The notes: generated by a model not told the origin, from the letters alone. 64,000 bases of DNA from an uncultured Verrucomicrobiae bacterium (GCA_963793435.1 CAWCAA010000002.1:151813-215812); one strand, 5' to 3'; counted from the first letter of the stretch, positions 1-11,200 are shown. Program-made: numbers and translations.

Positions 1-725
1 TTCGGGTAGTTGCCTTCGATGAGCTTGGAAGCGAGGAAGGTATCGCCGACGGTGAAGGAGATCTGGCTGTCGCTGAGTTTTACTTCCACGTCGCCAGAGT
101 CTCCGAGGAGACGTTGGATTTCGTTGACCGCTTTGGAGGGGATGATGACGTCGCCTTCATGGGAGGCGGGGAATTCCAGATCCATATCGGCCATCGCGAG
201 GCGGCGTCCGTCGGTAGCTACCAGGGCGAGCTTGCCCTCGCGGAAGGAGGCGAAAATGCCGTTCAGCACGTAGCGGGTTTCGTCCGTGGAGATGGCGAAA
301 GCGGTTTTTTTCAGGCCGTTTTTCAGATCCGCCTGCGGAATGTTGAAAGTTTTCGCACCCTCGAAGTCGGGAAGGGGAGGGAACTCGGAATCGCTGAGCC
401 CGATGATTTTGAAAGTGGACGGGCCGCTCTTGATCGTAGCGTAGTTTTTCGCATCCACAGTGACCTCTACTTCGCTGGAGGGCAGCTCCTTGACGATGCT
501 TGCCAGCTTTTTCGCAGGAAGGGTGGTCGCTCCTTCCTTATCGATCCGGGCTTCCACCGATCCGGTGATGCCCACGTCGAGGTCGGTGGTGGTGAAGACC
601 AGGCGGCCTTCCTTTGCGACCAACAGGACGTTGGAAAGAATGGGGAGGGTGGTCCGGGAGCTGACCACGTGTTGCACTTTTTGCAAACCTTCCAGGAAAA
701 CGTCTTTGGAAATACTGAACTTCAT
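1..725 (-). CDS. dnaN: DNA polymerase III beta sliding clamp, N-terminal ~241 aa (C-terminus lies beyond the window edge)
   Basis: Manual reverse translation from the ATG at 725-723 gives MKFSISKDVFLEGLQKVQHVVSSRTTLPILSNVLLVAKEGRLVFTTTDLDVGI...RYVLNGIFASFREGKLALVATDGRRLA...LIEGNYP, a typical DnaN. It is not in the ORF track because it has no stop inside the window. Confidence 0.9.
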   Translation of the reverse strand, partial: MKFSISKDVFLEGLQKVQHVVSSRTTLPILSNVLLVAKEGRLVFTTTDLDVGITGSVEARIDKEGATTLPAKKLASIVKELPSSEVEVTVDAKNYATIKSGPSTFKIIGLSDSEFPPLPDFEGAKTFNIPQADLKNGLKKTAFAISTDETRYVLNGIFASFREGKLALVATDGRRLAMADMDLEFPASHEGDVIIPSKAVNEIQRLLGDSGDVEVKLSDSQISFTVGDTFLASKLIEGNYP

Positions 726-951
726 AATCTGGGGGCACGAATGTGCTTGGGGCGAGTTTCCGTTTTCACAACACCTTGGCAAGCATTCAGTCACCGGAAA
801 ACCAAGATATTTGCGCGGAGACCACTACATGTGGTGGTGTGCTGGGGAAACGGACACTTTTTCAGGCGGCAGAGGGAGTTTTGTGGCAAAAGTGCCCCTG
901 AAGAAAAATTTCGCCTCGCACCACACCCGTGGCTGCGGATAGATTCCACGC

Positions 952-1527
952 ATGAACCGCTTCCTGCCAATGGCTCTGCTCGTCCTGCTGCTGATCGTCT
1001 TCCGTGTCGTGGGCAGCATGTTTCCGGAAACGGTTCCGAACTTCCAGCCGCTCGCCGCGCTATTTTTCTGCGGAGCCATTATGGCCATGGGCTGGAAAAG
1101 CTGGGCGATCCCGCTGGGCGCGTGGCTGCTCACCTATCCTGTCCCGGCCATCCTTCAGGGAAATGCTTCCTATCTGACTGCCGGCGTCCTTTTCACCACG
1201 GCTTTGGCTTTCGCGGCCACCTTCTTCATTGGGAAATCCCTTTCCGGCCAAAACACCGGATTTCTTCTCCTTGGCTCGGTGGGAGCCGCCATCGCATTCC
1301 ATCTGGTTACCAACGGGGCTGCGTGGATGTTCAGCCCCATGTATCCGAAAACCCTCCCCGGCCTCTGGCAGTCCCTCTGGCTTGGCCCGGTCGGAAGCCC
1401 TATGCCGAGCTGGATTTTCCTCAGAAACATGGTCGGGGCGAACCTTCTCTTCACTACCATTTTCCTCTCCGCACGCTTCGCCCTCCCGAAATTTTCCGCA
1501 AACCCGGAGCCGTTAGCCGCCAGATAA
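952..1527 (+). CDS. Polytopic membrane protein, DUF6580-like
   Basis: 191 aa with about 6 hydrophobic helices. PNFQPLAALFFCGA near the N-terminus and HLVTNGAAWMFSPMYPKTLPGLW later match my recollection of DUF6580. No function is implied. Confidence 0.55.
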   Translation: MNRFLPMALLVLLLIVFRVVGSMFPETVPNFQPLAALFFCGAIMAMGWKSWAIPLGAWLLTYPVPAILQGNASYLTAGVLFTTALAFAATFFIGKSLSGQNTGFLLLGSVGAAIAFHLVTNGAAWMFSPMYPKTLPGLWQSLWLGPVGSPMPSWIFLRNMVGANLLFTTIFLSARFALPKFSANPEPLAAR

Positions 1528-1591
1528 AACTTGCCGTCCGTCCTCCAGCCTTCTAACCAAAACCCGGATTCAACCCCGCAGACCTTTTCCC

Positions 1592-2650
1592 ATGTCCGAC
1601 CTGAACTTCGCCAACTCGCCCATCAACCAATCCCTCACCCCTGAGAGAAAAATCGAGCTCTACACCCAGATGGTGCGCATCCGCCGCTTCGAGCAAGCCT
1701 CGCTCAAGCAATACAGCGGTGGGAAAATGGGCGGATTCCTCCATCTCTACATCGGACAGGAATCCGTCGCCGTCGGCACACTTTCGCTCTGCGGTGAGCA
1801 CGACCACAACATCACCGCCTACCGCTGCCACGCACACGCCCTTGCCTCCGGCATGACCATGAACGAGTGCATGGCGGAAATGTATGGCAAGCAAACCGGT
1901 TGTTCCAAAGGCAAGGGTGGCTCCATGCACTTTTTCGCACCCGACAAGAATTTCTGGGGTGGCCACGGCATCGTGGCCGGCCAGACCCCTCTCGGCCTTG
2001 GCCTCGCATACGGCCTGAAATACCTTGAGCGCGAAGGCTGCTGCCTCTGCTTCCTCGGTGATGGCGCAGTCAACCAAGGCGCTTTCCACGAGTCCCTCAA
2101 CATCGCCTCCCTTTTCGGAATCCCAGTTGTTTATGTTATCGAAAACAACGGCTACTCCATGGGCACCTCCCAGAGCCGCTCCTCCGCATACACCGGCTGC
2201 CTCGCCCAGCGCGCCGAAGCATACGCCATCGAATGGGATGTCGTTGACGGCTCCGACATCTATGAAGTCCGCGCGAAGAGCAACATCGCCATGGAGCGCG
2301 CCCGCAAGGAGCACAAACCCACCGTCCTGGAGATCGATACCTTCCGCTACTACGGCCACTCCGTCGCCGATGCGAACCACAAGAAATACCGCACTCCCGA
2401 GGAAATCCAGAACTACAAGGACAACCACGATCCCATCAACGTCTTCCGCAACAAGCTCCTCGAAGAAGGCGTCCTGACCGACGAGTTGATCGAAAAAATC
2501 GACGCCTCCGCCAAAGAGGAATCCAACGCCGCAGTGAAATTCGCCGAGGAATCCCCGGCTCCAACCATGGCCGATATTTCCACGGACGTTTACTGGGAAA
2601 CCGACAACGACACCGAAGCCTCCAAAGTTGGCCACCACTTCTTCGCCTGA
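1592..2650 (+). CDS. pdhA: 2-oxoacid (pyruvate-type) dehydrogenase E1 component, alpha subunit (TPP-binding)
   Basis: 352 aa. Contains GFLHLYIGQEAV-like, YRCHAHAL and the GDGAVNQGAFHESLNIASL TPP motif, plus YRYYGHSVAD. Codon usage is strongly C-ending. Confidence 0.85.
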   Translation: MSDLNFANSPINQSLTPERKIELYTQMVRIRRFEQASLKQYSGGKMGGFLHLYIGQESVAVGTLSLCGEHDHNITAYRCHAHALASGMTMNECMAEMYGKQTGCSKGKGGSMHFFAPDKNFWGGHGIVAGQTPLGLGLAYGLKYLEREGCCLCFLGDGAVNQGAFHESLNIASLFGIPVVYVIENNGYSMGTSQSRSSAYTGCLAQRAEAYAIEWDVVDGSDIYEVRAKSNIAMERARKEHKPTVLEIDTFRYYGHSVADANHKKYRTPEEIQNYKDNHDPINVFRNKLLEEGVLTDELIEKIDASAKEESNAAVKFAEESPAPTMADISTDVYWETDNDTEASKVGHHFFA

Positions 2651-2681
2651 CAGCTCCGGTTTTTTCCGCTAGATTCCGACC

Positions 2682-2933
2682 ATGGCCACGCTCACCGAAC
2701 CAGTCCCGACCCTAGAGGAAATCGAAACCGCCGCCGCCAAGCTCTCCCCCGGCCAGCGTGGCGTTCTCATCGAGAGGCTTCAGGAAATGGACGAAGTCCG
2801 TGATCCCGAGATCGAAGCGGCGTGGGATACGGAAATTCGGCGCAGGATTGAAGAGATCCGTAGCGGCAAAGTTCAATGTCTTGATGGGGAAGAAGTGATG
2901 CGGGAACTGAGCGAAAAATACGGCCTGACATGA
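2682..2933 (+). CDS. Type II antitoxin, putative addiction module component family (Unstab_antitox-like)
   Basis: 83 aa. LSPGQRGVLIERL...EIEAAWDTEIRRRIEEIRSGK matches the L-S-x-x-x-R...W..E..rR pattern of that family. There is a 4-nt ATGA overlap with the downstream toxin ORF. Confidence 0.75.
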   Translation: MATLTEPVPTLEEIETAAAKLSPGQRGVLIERLQEMDEVRDPEIEAAWDTEIRRRIEEIRSGKVQCLDGEEVMRELSEKYGLT

Positions 2934-3223
2934 CCCATCGCTTTCACCCAGATGCCCGGAGGGAACTTGACGAAGCTTTCGGATATTACGCCGGGATTGA
3001 AATTCCACTCGGAAAAGACTTCAGACAGCGAATCATGGCTGCCATCGATGAAGTTTGTGGTTTTCCCTTCTCATACCGCCTCAGGGATGGTGGATACCGC
3101 AGGATTAACCTCGCGAGATTTCCTTACTATATCCCCTACATTGTTGAGGAAGAAATCGTGTTTGTTGCCGCCATCGCCCACAACTCCCGCCATCCCGAAT
3201 ACTGGAAAAAGCGATTGTCATAA
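2930..3223 (+). CDS. Type II toxin, ParE/RelE superfamily
   Basis: 97 aa. FHPDARRELDEAFGYY...YRRINLARFPYYIPYIVEEEIVFVAAIAHNSRHPEYW is the standard ParE_toxin layout. It is translationally coupled to the antitoxin. Confidence 0.75.
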   Translation: MTHRFHPDARRELDEAFGYYAGIEIPLGKDFRQRIMAAIDEVCGFPFSYRLRDGGYRRINLARFPYYIPYIVEEEIVFVAAIAHNSRHPEYWKKRLS

Positions 3224-3279
3224 ATTTTTCGCGACTCCCCGCGATTGACCTCCCCATACAACCTGACTAGAACCGACCC

Positions 3280-4263
3280 ATGCGCACACTGACCTACCGC
3301 GAAGCCCTCCGTGAAGGACTTGATGAAGAACTCGCCCACGACGACAACGTCGTAATTATGGGTGAGGAAGTAGCCCAATACAACGGGGCTTACAAAGTAA
3401 CACAGGGACTCTGGGACAAATGGGGCGACAAGCGAATCGTCGATACGCCCATCTCCGAGGCTGGCTTCATCGGCATGGGCATCGGCGCTTCCATGCTCGG
3501 CGTCCGCCCTGTCATGGAGCTGATGTTCTGGTCTTTCCACTCCGTCGCCTTCGACCAACTCGTCAACAACGCCGCCTGCGTGCGCTACATGTCCGGCGGA
3601 CTTTGCCACTGCCCCATCGTCGTCCGTGGCCCGGCCAACGGCGGCACCAACGTCGGCGCAACCCACTCCCACATTCCCGAAGGTCTCTTCGCCGCATTCC
3701 CCGGTCTCAAAGTCTGCTCCCCGGCCACTCCCGCCGATGCGAAAGGTCTCATCAAAGCCGCCATCCGCGATAACGATCCCGTCTATTTCATGGAGAACAC
3801 CCTCCTCTACGGAAACGAGGGCGAAGTGCCGGATCTGGAAGACGGTGATTTCGTAATCCCTCTCGGAAAAGCCGAGGTGAAAAAGGAGGGAACCGATATC
3901 TCCCTCATCGCCCACGGCCGCTCCGTCCTGCATTGCCTTGAGGCAGCGAAAACCCTCCAGGAAGAGCACGGAATCAACGCTGAAGTCCTCGACCTCCGCT
4001 CCATACGCCCGCTCGATATCGATGCCATCCTCGCCACCGTCGCCAAGACCCACCGCGTCGTCCTCGTCGATGAATCAAAACCCTTTGGCGGCGTCTCCGC
4101 CATGGTTTCCCATCTCATCCAGGAACACGCCTTCGACGAACTCGACGCCCCCATCAAGCGCGTCTGCACCATCGACGCCCCTGCCATCTACTCCCCGCAC
4201 ATCGAAGACGAGCAGCTCCCGAATCCAAAACGGATCGTCGAGAAAGTCCTCTCGAACATGTAG
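3280..4263 (+). CDS. pdhB: 2-oxoacid (pyruvate-type) dehydrogenase E1 component, beta subunit
   Basis: 327 aa. MRTLTYREALREGLDEEL...DTPISEAGFIGMGIGASMLGVRPV...HSH...IRPLD are typical of the transketolase-like E1 beta subunit. Confidence 0.9.
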   Translation: MRTLTYREALREGLDEELAHDDNVVIMGEEVAQYNGAYKVTQGLWDKWGDKRIVDTPISEAGFIGMGIGASMLGVRPVMELMFWSFHSVAFDQLVNNAACVRYMSGGLCHCPIVVRGPANGGTNVGATHSHIPEGLFAAFPGLKVCSPATPADAKGLIKAAIRDNDPVYFMENTLLYGNEGEVPDLEDGDFVIPLGKAEVKKEGTDISLIAHGRSVLHCLEAAKTLQEEHGINAEVLDLRSIRPLDIDAILATVAKTHRVVLVDESKPFGGVSAMVSHLIQEHAFDELDAPIKRVCTIDAPAIYSPHIEDEQLPNPKRIVEKVLSNM

Positions 4264-4362
4264 TGGAGCGCTGCCTTCAGGCCGATGCCGTTTGGGATTC
4301 GAATTGATCGAAGCCAGCGCATGTTTTGCCGGCCTTTTCTAACCGATGTTTTGATCGGTCGG

Positions 4363-4788
4363 ATGCAAACCGCTTCCGACCCTGCCGCGCCCCGCTTTTT
4401 TGGCAATTTCACCCGGATCGGATCGTTCTCCGCCAGCGTGAAAGAAATCACCCGCCACCCCGAAGCCTTCCACCGCAGCTACCGCCCGCTTGCCTGCGGT
4501 GGCGACCGGCTCAACATGCGCAGCACCCCGGCGATCAAATCCGAGGCGCGTAAGATCCGCTGCTCGAAAGGTGGGGGGGAACAACCAGCCTTTGCCCACA
4601 TCCTCGGAGAGGCGCCCGTGGAGATGGGCCTCCACCAGCCGCTCGGCGCGGCCTTCGGAAGGCCGGGTTTCAGAATCTTTCTTGCGATGCGAAAAAGATA
4701 TCGCGAACCGGGACACTCGAGAGGCTATTTTTGTTTGGTATCATCCTGGGAATTCGGAATGCACAAAATCTGGAACGCGGCAGTATAA
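4363..4788 (+). CDS. Hypothetical protein (start and end uncertain)
   Basis: The only frame in the 4.3-4.8 kb gap with the C-ending codon bias seen in neighbouring genes. No recognisable motif. The tail loses the codon bias, so an indel may distort it. Confidence 0.25.
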   Translation: MQTASDPAAPRFFGNFTRIGSFSASVKEITRHPEAFHRSYRPLACGGDRLNMRSTPAIKSEARKIRCSKGGGEQPAFAHILGEAPVEMGLHQPLGAAFGRPGFRIFLAMRKRYREPGHSRGYFCLVSSWEFGMHKIWNAAV

Positions 4789-4847
4789 TTGGGATTTTGG
4801 GGAAAGTGGATCTGGGGCGGAGGCAGCTACGGGTGTGATTTCCGGTT

Positions 4848-5228
4848 CTATTTTTTCGGGGCTTTCTTTAGTTCGGTTCCGACGCTTTCGTGGAGCTTCT
4901 TCCTGGACTTGGGGATCTCTTCCGGGGTGATGGAGGCGTAGAGGGTTTCGGCCTCTGCGGTTTCGCCGGCGCGGATGAGGGCGCGGGTGAGATGGATTTT
5001 CTGGGTGGCGCGGTGGCCGGGCCAGCCGTGGTCCTTCTCTTCCGGGCAGGCCTCGATGGCTTTGCGGAAATAGGGGATGGCCTCCGCGTATTTCTTCTCT
5101 TTCATGGCCTGTTCGGCACGGTATTCGAGGATGAGGGTGAGGGCTGCGGGTGGGATGCCTGCCGGTGGGGCTTCTGCGATTTTCAGGATGTCATCGCGCA
5201 GACCCTTGTCTGCGGCCCGGGAACCCAT
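4848..5228 (-). CDS. Small TPR-like protein, or the frameshifted C-terminal tail of the giant upstream gene
   Basis: 126 aa from the ATG at 5228. ALTLILEYRAEQAMKEKKYAEAIPYFRKAIEACPEE...THLTRALIRAGETAEAETLY is TPR-like, with good C-ending codon usage. It overlaps the last 46 nt of the 2811-aa ORF in another frame. Confidence 0.45.
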   Translation of the reverse strand: MGSRAADKGLRDDILKIAEAPPAGIPPAALTLILEYRAEQAMKEKKYAEAIPYFRKAIEACPEEKDHGWPGHRATQKIHLTRALIRAGETAEAETLYASITPEEIPKSRKKLHESVGTELKKAPKK

Positions 5229-8200
5229 TGATCGACGTGGCCGAAGTAGGATTTCATTTCCGGCCTGGTAAGGGTGGCCAGGACGAGGCTGTGGCGTATG
5301 TCCGCAGTCGCCTCGCGGGTCCACATGCGGTGGCGGTTGCCCATGTCCGCGAGGTGGCGGAAGCCCTGGCGTTTCTTCAGGTAATCGTTCTTTTTGCCAT
5401 CGCGTTTCAATTGGGTGCGCAGTGCTTCGAAGCGTTTTCCGTCGTTTTCCCAATAGGCGAAAAATTCGGCGAAGACGACGACGCGGAAGAGGTGGTAGGA
5501 TTGCAGTTCCTTGCGGTTCTCGACGACGAGGGAGAGTTTGGAAAAGGGTTCGAAGGCGTCTTTAAAGGCTTCGGTTTTGTCCTGGTGGATGGCTTCCGCA
5601 ATCCACAGTGCGGCGGATGAGGAGAGGCGTTCGAGGAAGAGTTCCACATATCTGCGTTCGCCGTTGTTGGGGCTGCTGGATGAGTATGGAGGGAGGGATT
5701 CGATGACTCCGGTCACGGTGTTGAGGCCGGAGGCATCGCCATCGAGAAGATCGAGGAAGGCGGCCTGTCGGAAAACGACGGCTTCGAGCGGTGCCAGGAC
5801 GTGGCGGGGGGAGGGTTCCTTTTCGCTGCCCGCGCCTTCGCGCCAATCGTCGAGGGATTTGCGGAGATCGAGTTCCTTGCGGAGGGCGAGGACTTCGTCA
5901 TGGAGCGCGATGGCGGCGGTGTGCGAGTCGCGGATCATGGAGGAAATGAGCTCGGTGCGGAGAAGTTTACCGTCGGGTGGGTTCGCCTTGTAGGTGGTGG
6001 CTAGCCGGAGTTCGCGCTGGGCTTCGCTCTCCTCTGGTGCGTCCTTTCCGGTGACGGGCGGTGCATCCATGAGCTGGACTTCGAGGCGGAGGAGTGCAAG
6101 CGGATCGAGGCCGGGGTTTTTCCTGAACTCCGCGAGGCGTTTCTCGAAATCACGGTCGTAGGGGAGCAATTTCGTGAAACGGCGGTAGATGCGTTCCGGC
6201 GGGGAAAGCATTTCCATGGCCAACGCGTGGTTGCCAGAGGCTATGAGTGAGGCGATGACCTCGACATTTCCTTCAATGAGAGGCCGGGCGATGCCGAGCA
6301 GTTTCTTTGCGGTGGGTTCATCGCCGATCTTCGCGGCTGCGAGGAAGAGGTTGTCGCCGTAGTTTGGCGGGATGGGAGGGTGGCCGCCGGGCTTGGGGCT
6401 GTTCGCGTTTTCCCAGAAGGCGGTGTTGATGCGGGTGAGGAAAGGGCGGTTGGCATCCGTGATGGTAGTGGTTCCGACGAGGTTGGCGGACTGGAGGCCG
6501 AGGGTATTGATGACCGTGCGCTCTTCTGCGGCGTATGCTTCGAAAAGATCCGCGAACCTTGAAGCAAGCTCCGCGTTGGCGAGCATGTCCGAAACCATCG
6601 TGGTGGCGACGGAGATGAATTGGAAACGGGTGGGGAGGGACAGGGTCTCGTCGCCGCTGAGGGCGAGAAGAGCTTTTACGGTAATCTCCCTGCCTTGCGG
6701 AGTATCCGATTTCCATCCGCTGATGCCGATGCTGAAAGACCGTATGATGGCGAATTCCTCCGGCAGGTCTTTGATTTTCAGAAGCTCCTCCCTGTCCTGG
6801 GGGAGCTTCACGCTGCGGGCGAAGGAATGGTTCCCCATTAGCCAGATGCCCAGAGCGATGCGCGCCTCCTTGCGGATTTCTTCCGGCATTGCGGCGGTAT
6901 CTTCCAAAGCGGCCAGCCAGCGGGGCATGTCGTTCCCCGGTTTCTGCGGGGTGGCGTTGTAGATGTTTCCTCCGATCTCATAGAGCAGGGGAATTGCGTT
7001 GCTATAGCCGGCAAAGCTCATCCGAGTGGCGGCGGGGCTTTCCTCAACCGCCTTGTGGAAACGGAGAGCGAGCATGGGGTCGGATTTCAGGGGTGAACTC
7101 GAAGAGAGCAGGAGGCTGTAAATTGCCTCGTCGCGCTCGATGATCTGGAGGCCGCTGCTGCTGCTGGACGAAAGCCTCATGCCGGTGCGGAGGCCGTCGG
7201 TGAAGCGTTTTTCGGCGGCTACGAAGAGCTCCACTGACTTTTCCATATCCACAGTTGCAAGTTCACCCACCATTTCCCGCACCTGGTCAAGGGGGTTCTG
7301 ATACTGGTTGCCGGCTTGCGGACCTTCCAGGAAAGCATCCGCTGCTTCCACGAGTTTTTTGCGTTTTTCCTCGTTTGCGGCATCGGCTTTTTCGCGGAAG
7401 GAGGCGGGGAGTTTTGCCATGGCGCCGGCGGGCAGCCAGGAGAGGACGGGGGAGAATGTGGAGACGCGCCCTGGCTTCATTTTGGAGATTTCCGGGGCGG
7501 CGAGGGTGAAGGCTTTTTCGGTAAGCCTGGTGCGTTCCGATCCATCCACGAGGGCGGCGGCGGTGATGAGGCTGCCGAAGGTGGCGGGCTTGCGCTCTTC
7601 GAGATGCCTGGACATATCGCGGCGGGGAACATTGAAGCTCATGTAGGAAAACACCCTGGGCTGGAGGAACTCGTCCTTGCGGGTGAAGGTGACCTTTCCG
7701 CCATTGTGGTTGGCGTCCATGAGGATCGCGGCCAGGGGCTTCCAGGTCGCCGCGCCATTGAGCCATCCGAGGGATTCGAAGAGTTTTTCCCCTTCCTCCT
7801 TCTTAGTGATTTTCAGGTTTCGAAAGGGCTGGGCGAGGTAGTAGTCCTGTCTGGCAATCGGGACGCCCAGGCTGTAAAACGTGCCGATGACTTTGGCGGC
7901 TGTGGCTGCCCCAAGGGTGGATCTTTGGAAAACGTTCTCCATCGTGCTGATCGCCTGGTAGAGGAGCATCCCGTCACCCGGTTGGTTGAAATCGATTTCC
8001 TCTCCATACACTGCGGTTGCGATGGCGGAGCAGGTTTCTTCAAGATTTTCCGCATCGCCGGTGGCGGCGGTAGTGAGTGCGGCGGCAAAAAGCGTGTAGC
8101 GGATGTCGTCGTTATCATAGCGGTTCTGTTGGGTGACCGGTTTGATTTCACGAATCATTTTTAGGAAAAATCCGTTTGCCCCGGGGATGGTTCCGGCGCG

Positions 8201-11200
8201 GGCGAGGACACCGTTGCGCAGCATTTTCGCGAAGGAGCCGGTGGCCTTTTTCATGGGGTCGGATTCCCAGAGGGTTTGCAATTCCCCGATGTCGGAAAGC
8301 CCGGCGAGGGCGGATACGAGAGTGGCCAGGTTGGCGTCCTTTTCCTGGAGTTGTTTGAGAAATTCGGGGGGGAGGATTTCGTCAGGGGATTTCGCGGTGG
8401 CGAGGCGGGAGGTGATCCATTTTACCGAGGAGCTTTCATCGAGATCGTCGCCGCTGCCGGAGGAGCCGTTACCCATGCGGAGGGTGAAGAAGGAGGTGTT
8501 TGAGTAGGGATCCTCGGGGCGGGACGCGGCGGCGAGAAGGGACTGGCGGGCGAGGGCGTCCATTTCCTTTTCGGGAATTTTCCATGCCCCGGATTTGTTG
8601 AGGAGGCGGAAGCCTTCTTCGGCGATGGACGGGTGGCGGAGGATTGCGATGGCCAAGCGTTTCGCGAGGGCGGTGTATTCTGCCTGGAGTTTTTTGTCCT
8701 TGGGTTCCCTTGTCCCGGAATCGAAGAGGCCGTGGATATCGCTTTCCAGATATTGGCGTCCGAAAAAGTGTTTCGCATGATAAGAAACCCAGGTGAGGTT
8801 GGTTTTTTCGAGGTCTTCGGGTTTTGCGTTTTCCAGCCACTCGGTGACGGTAGTGAAAAAGGCGAAGGTGCGGATGTTGTTTTCCGTGCCGCCCAGTTCT
8901 TCCGCCGCAGAGCTGGCGATGCCAGGGAACTCGGCATCGGAGGCAGCCTTGGAGATGAGGTCTATCGCCTCCTTGCGTTTTTCAGCGGGCAGGAGGAAGG
9001 CGAGTTTTCCGGCGATGGATGCGTCTTCCGGGCGCTGTCCGTGGAGGCGGGTGAGGACTCTCTCCGCCTCTCCCGGTTTCCCGAAATTCGCGCAGATGTC
9101 CGCGTATTCCATGAGCTTGGTAAGGCTTTTGGAATCGCCGGGATCAGCCATTTTGAAGAGAGCCTTGGTGACTTCCGGGGTGATGTTTTCCTTGATCTGG
9201 CGCAATTCATAATGGCTGTTGTGCTGGTTGGCGTTGGCCTTGCGGATGAGGTTGAGGGCCTCCATGGCGGCGGCTTCGGTTTTTCCCGTGGAGGAAAATT
9301 TGCGCATCTTTTCGATGGAGGCGTTGCCGCCGGAGGAGGTGGAGGAAGGTTGCGAGCCGAAGGTGGCGGCTCCCAGGCGGCTGGTGCCGGAGCCACGGAC
9401 GAATGCGGGTGGTTGGAAGCGTTTCGCCAACTCCGGCATTCCCAGTAGCACCGCGTGTGCCCCCACCCGCTGGCCTGCCTGTGGGCCGAGAATATTGCGT
9501 GCCTGGATAAGGAGGGCTCGGAGTTCGCCGGTGATTTCCTTTCGCTCCTCTTCTTTCATTTCACCTGCGATGGCAAGCAGGGTGAGGTTGAGGGAATTGA
9601 CGAGATTCCGATCCGAGGAATACGCGGGGCGCAGTTCGGAGAAAAGTTTGTAAGCTGTGGGGTAGTCTTTTTTGACTGCGGCGCGGTAGGCGCGGAGGGC
9701 GGTGAAGTCGTTTTTCTCGTCTTCCGGCGGGGTGGCGGCGAGGGCTTTTTCCGTGGCTGCGGAATCACCGGCGCGGATGGCGATCCAGGCGCGGAGGGCG
9801 GGTGAGGAGATTTTTTCGAGGAGGGGGAGGAGGGTTTTGGGATCGGCGGGTTTGAAGCCGAAGTAACCGCCCCTCTCTTCGGGCAGGCGAATCATGGAGA
9901 GGAGATGTGGTGGCACGGAGCTCATGCTGATTTCCTCGATTGCCGGGATTTTGAATGGGTTTTCGCCGTTGTTCCATTGGTTGTATCCCATGTTTCCGTA
10001 GTAGCTTTGCATTTGGCGGGCGGGGGAGATGGGCTTGTTGTTGGCGTCTTTCCGGAAATCCTCCACCTCGCTGTTGATGGCGTCTATCAGTTGAGCCGTG
10101 GTGCCGACGGAGCTGATGGCGGCGAGCTTGAAGCCTTGGAACGGGCCTGCGTCCGCACTCGCGGCAGAGGCCATGGCGATGAGTGCGGAGGAGAGTTCCT
10201 TGCGGGTTGCTTCGGGAATTGCGAGGGTCTCATTGGAGAGCATGCGGAGGAGCATGAAGCCGGTCTGCGGGCTTTTTTTCTCATCCTCTTCTTTGGCGAG
10301 TTCATTGGAAATGGTGACGATCTCCTTCCAGACGGGATCGGAATCGTCGGCATCCCGCATGAGCAGCATGCAGGATTGGAAGCGGGTGCGGAGGGAGAGA
10401 TCGTCCCTTTTCGCGAGAAGGTTTCTCAGGAGATCCTTGTCGATGGTGCTGCCACGGTTGCCATAGGAGCCATACATGAGGGTGATGTCGAGGAGGCCGG
10501 GCTGGTCCGGGTATTTCGCGAGGAGGGCTGGGAAATCCGTGCGGCCCCGGCTGGTTTCCGTGAGTTCGTTGATGAAATCCGCGTTTTCCAAATCTTTTAC
10601 GCCCAGCTTGGCAAGGTGGATGAGGGAGAGGGTGCGGACGGATTCCACGCTGTCCGGCAGGACGAAGGGGCCGACTTTTGCGCCCTGCTGGCTGCTGTAG
10701 TAGTAGCCGGAATTATCGGTGGCGCGGTGGGCATAGGCGGCCTGGCCGGACTGCATGATATTGATGATGCGCTGGAGAATTTCGGAATAGTCTTCCATGC
10801 CGTAGCGATTGTTTTGCTGTGGGGGTGAGACATTGGGAAGCTCGCCGGTGGCCTGGCGCAGGGTTTGGAAAAGAGGGATGGCTTCGGTCTCGCGGCCATC
10901 GTGCTCGAGCATGGTGGCGAGGAGGTAGCGGGTGCGCCAGTCGCCGCCATCGGGGAGGGCTTCGCGGAGGAAGCGGATGGCTTCTTCGTAGAGGCCGGAG
11001 CCGGCGAGGATGGCGGCGCTTTGCTCGATGGAGCGCGGGTCATCCGCCTGTTTTCCGGAAATTGCGCGTAGCTCGCGCATGCCTTTGAGAGTCTGGCCCA
11101 TGCGGAGATATGCCTGGGCTAGGGCGCTGCGGATGCGGCCGGTGCTGTCCATGTCCACGGCTTCTTCGAGGATGGCGACGACGCGGTCGGGGTTGCCGCT

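Noticed and set aside
726-951. Possible replication origin or DnaA-box cluster next to dnaN.
   Set aside because: I could not find convincing TTATCCACA-like boxes or an AT-rich unwinding element in the 226-nt divergent spacer. dnaA is not adjacent.
114-1556. 480-aa ORF on the + strand spanning the dnaN region and the DUF6580 gene.
   Set aside because: It is antisense to a clear dnaN coding sequence, with low-complexity G/R/A-rich translation and no coding-type C3 bias. This is a typical shadow ORF in GC-rich DNA.
1553-4053. Long minus-strand ORFs (1553-2638 and 3136-4053) opposite pdhA and pdhB.
   Set aside because: They are antisense shadows of strongly conserved genes. Their translations are G/V/A/D-rich nonsense.
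4339-4716. 125-aa minus-strand ORF in the gap between pdhB and the TPR gene.
   Set aside because: Its third codon positions are G/A-mixed, whereas the overlapping + frame shows the genome's C3 bias. No motif was recognised. The + frame was kept as a low-confidence hypothetical.
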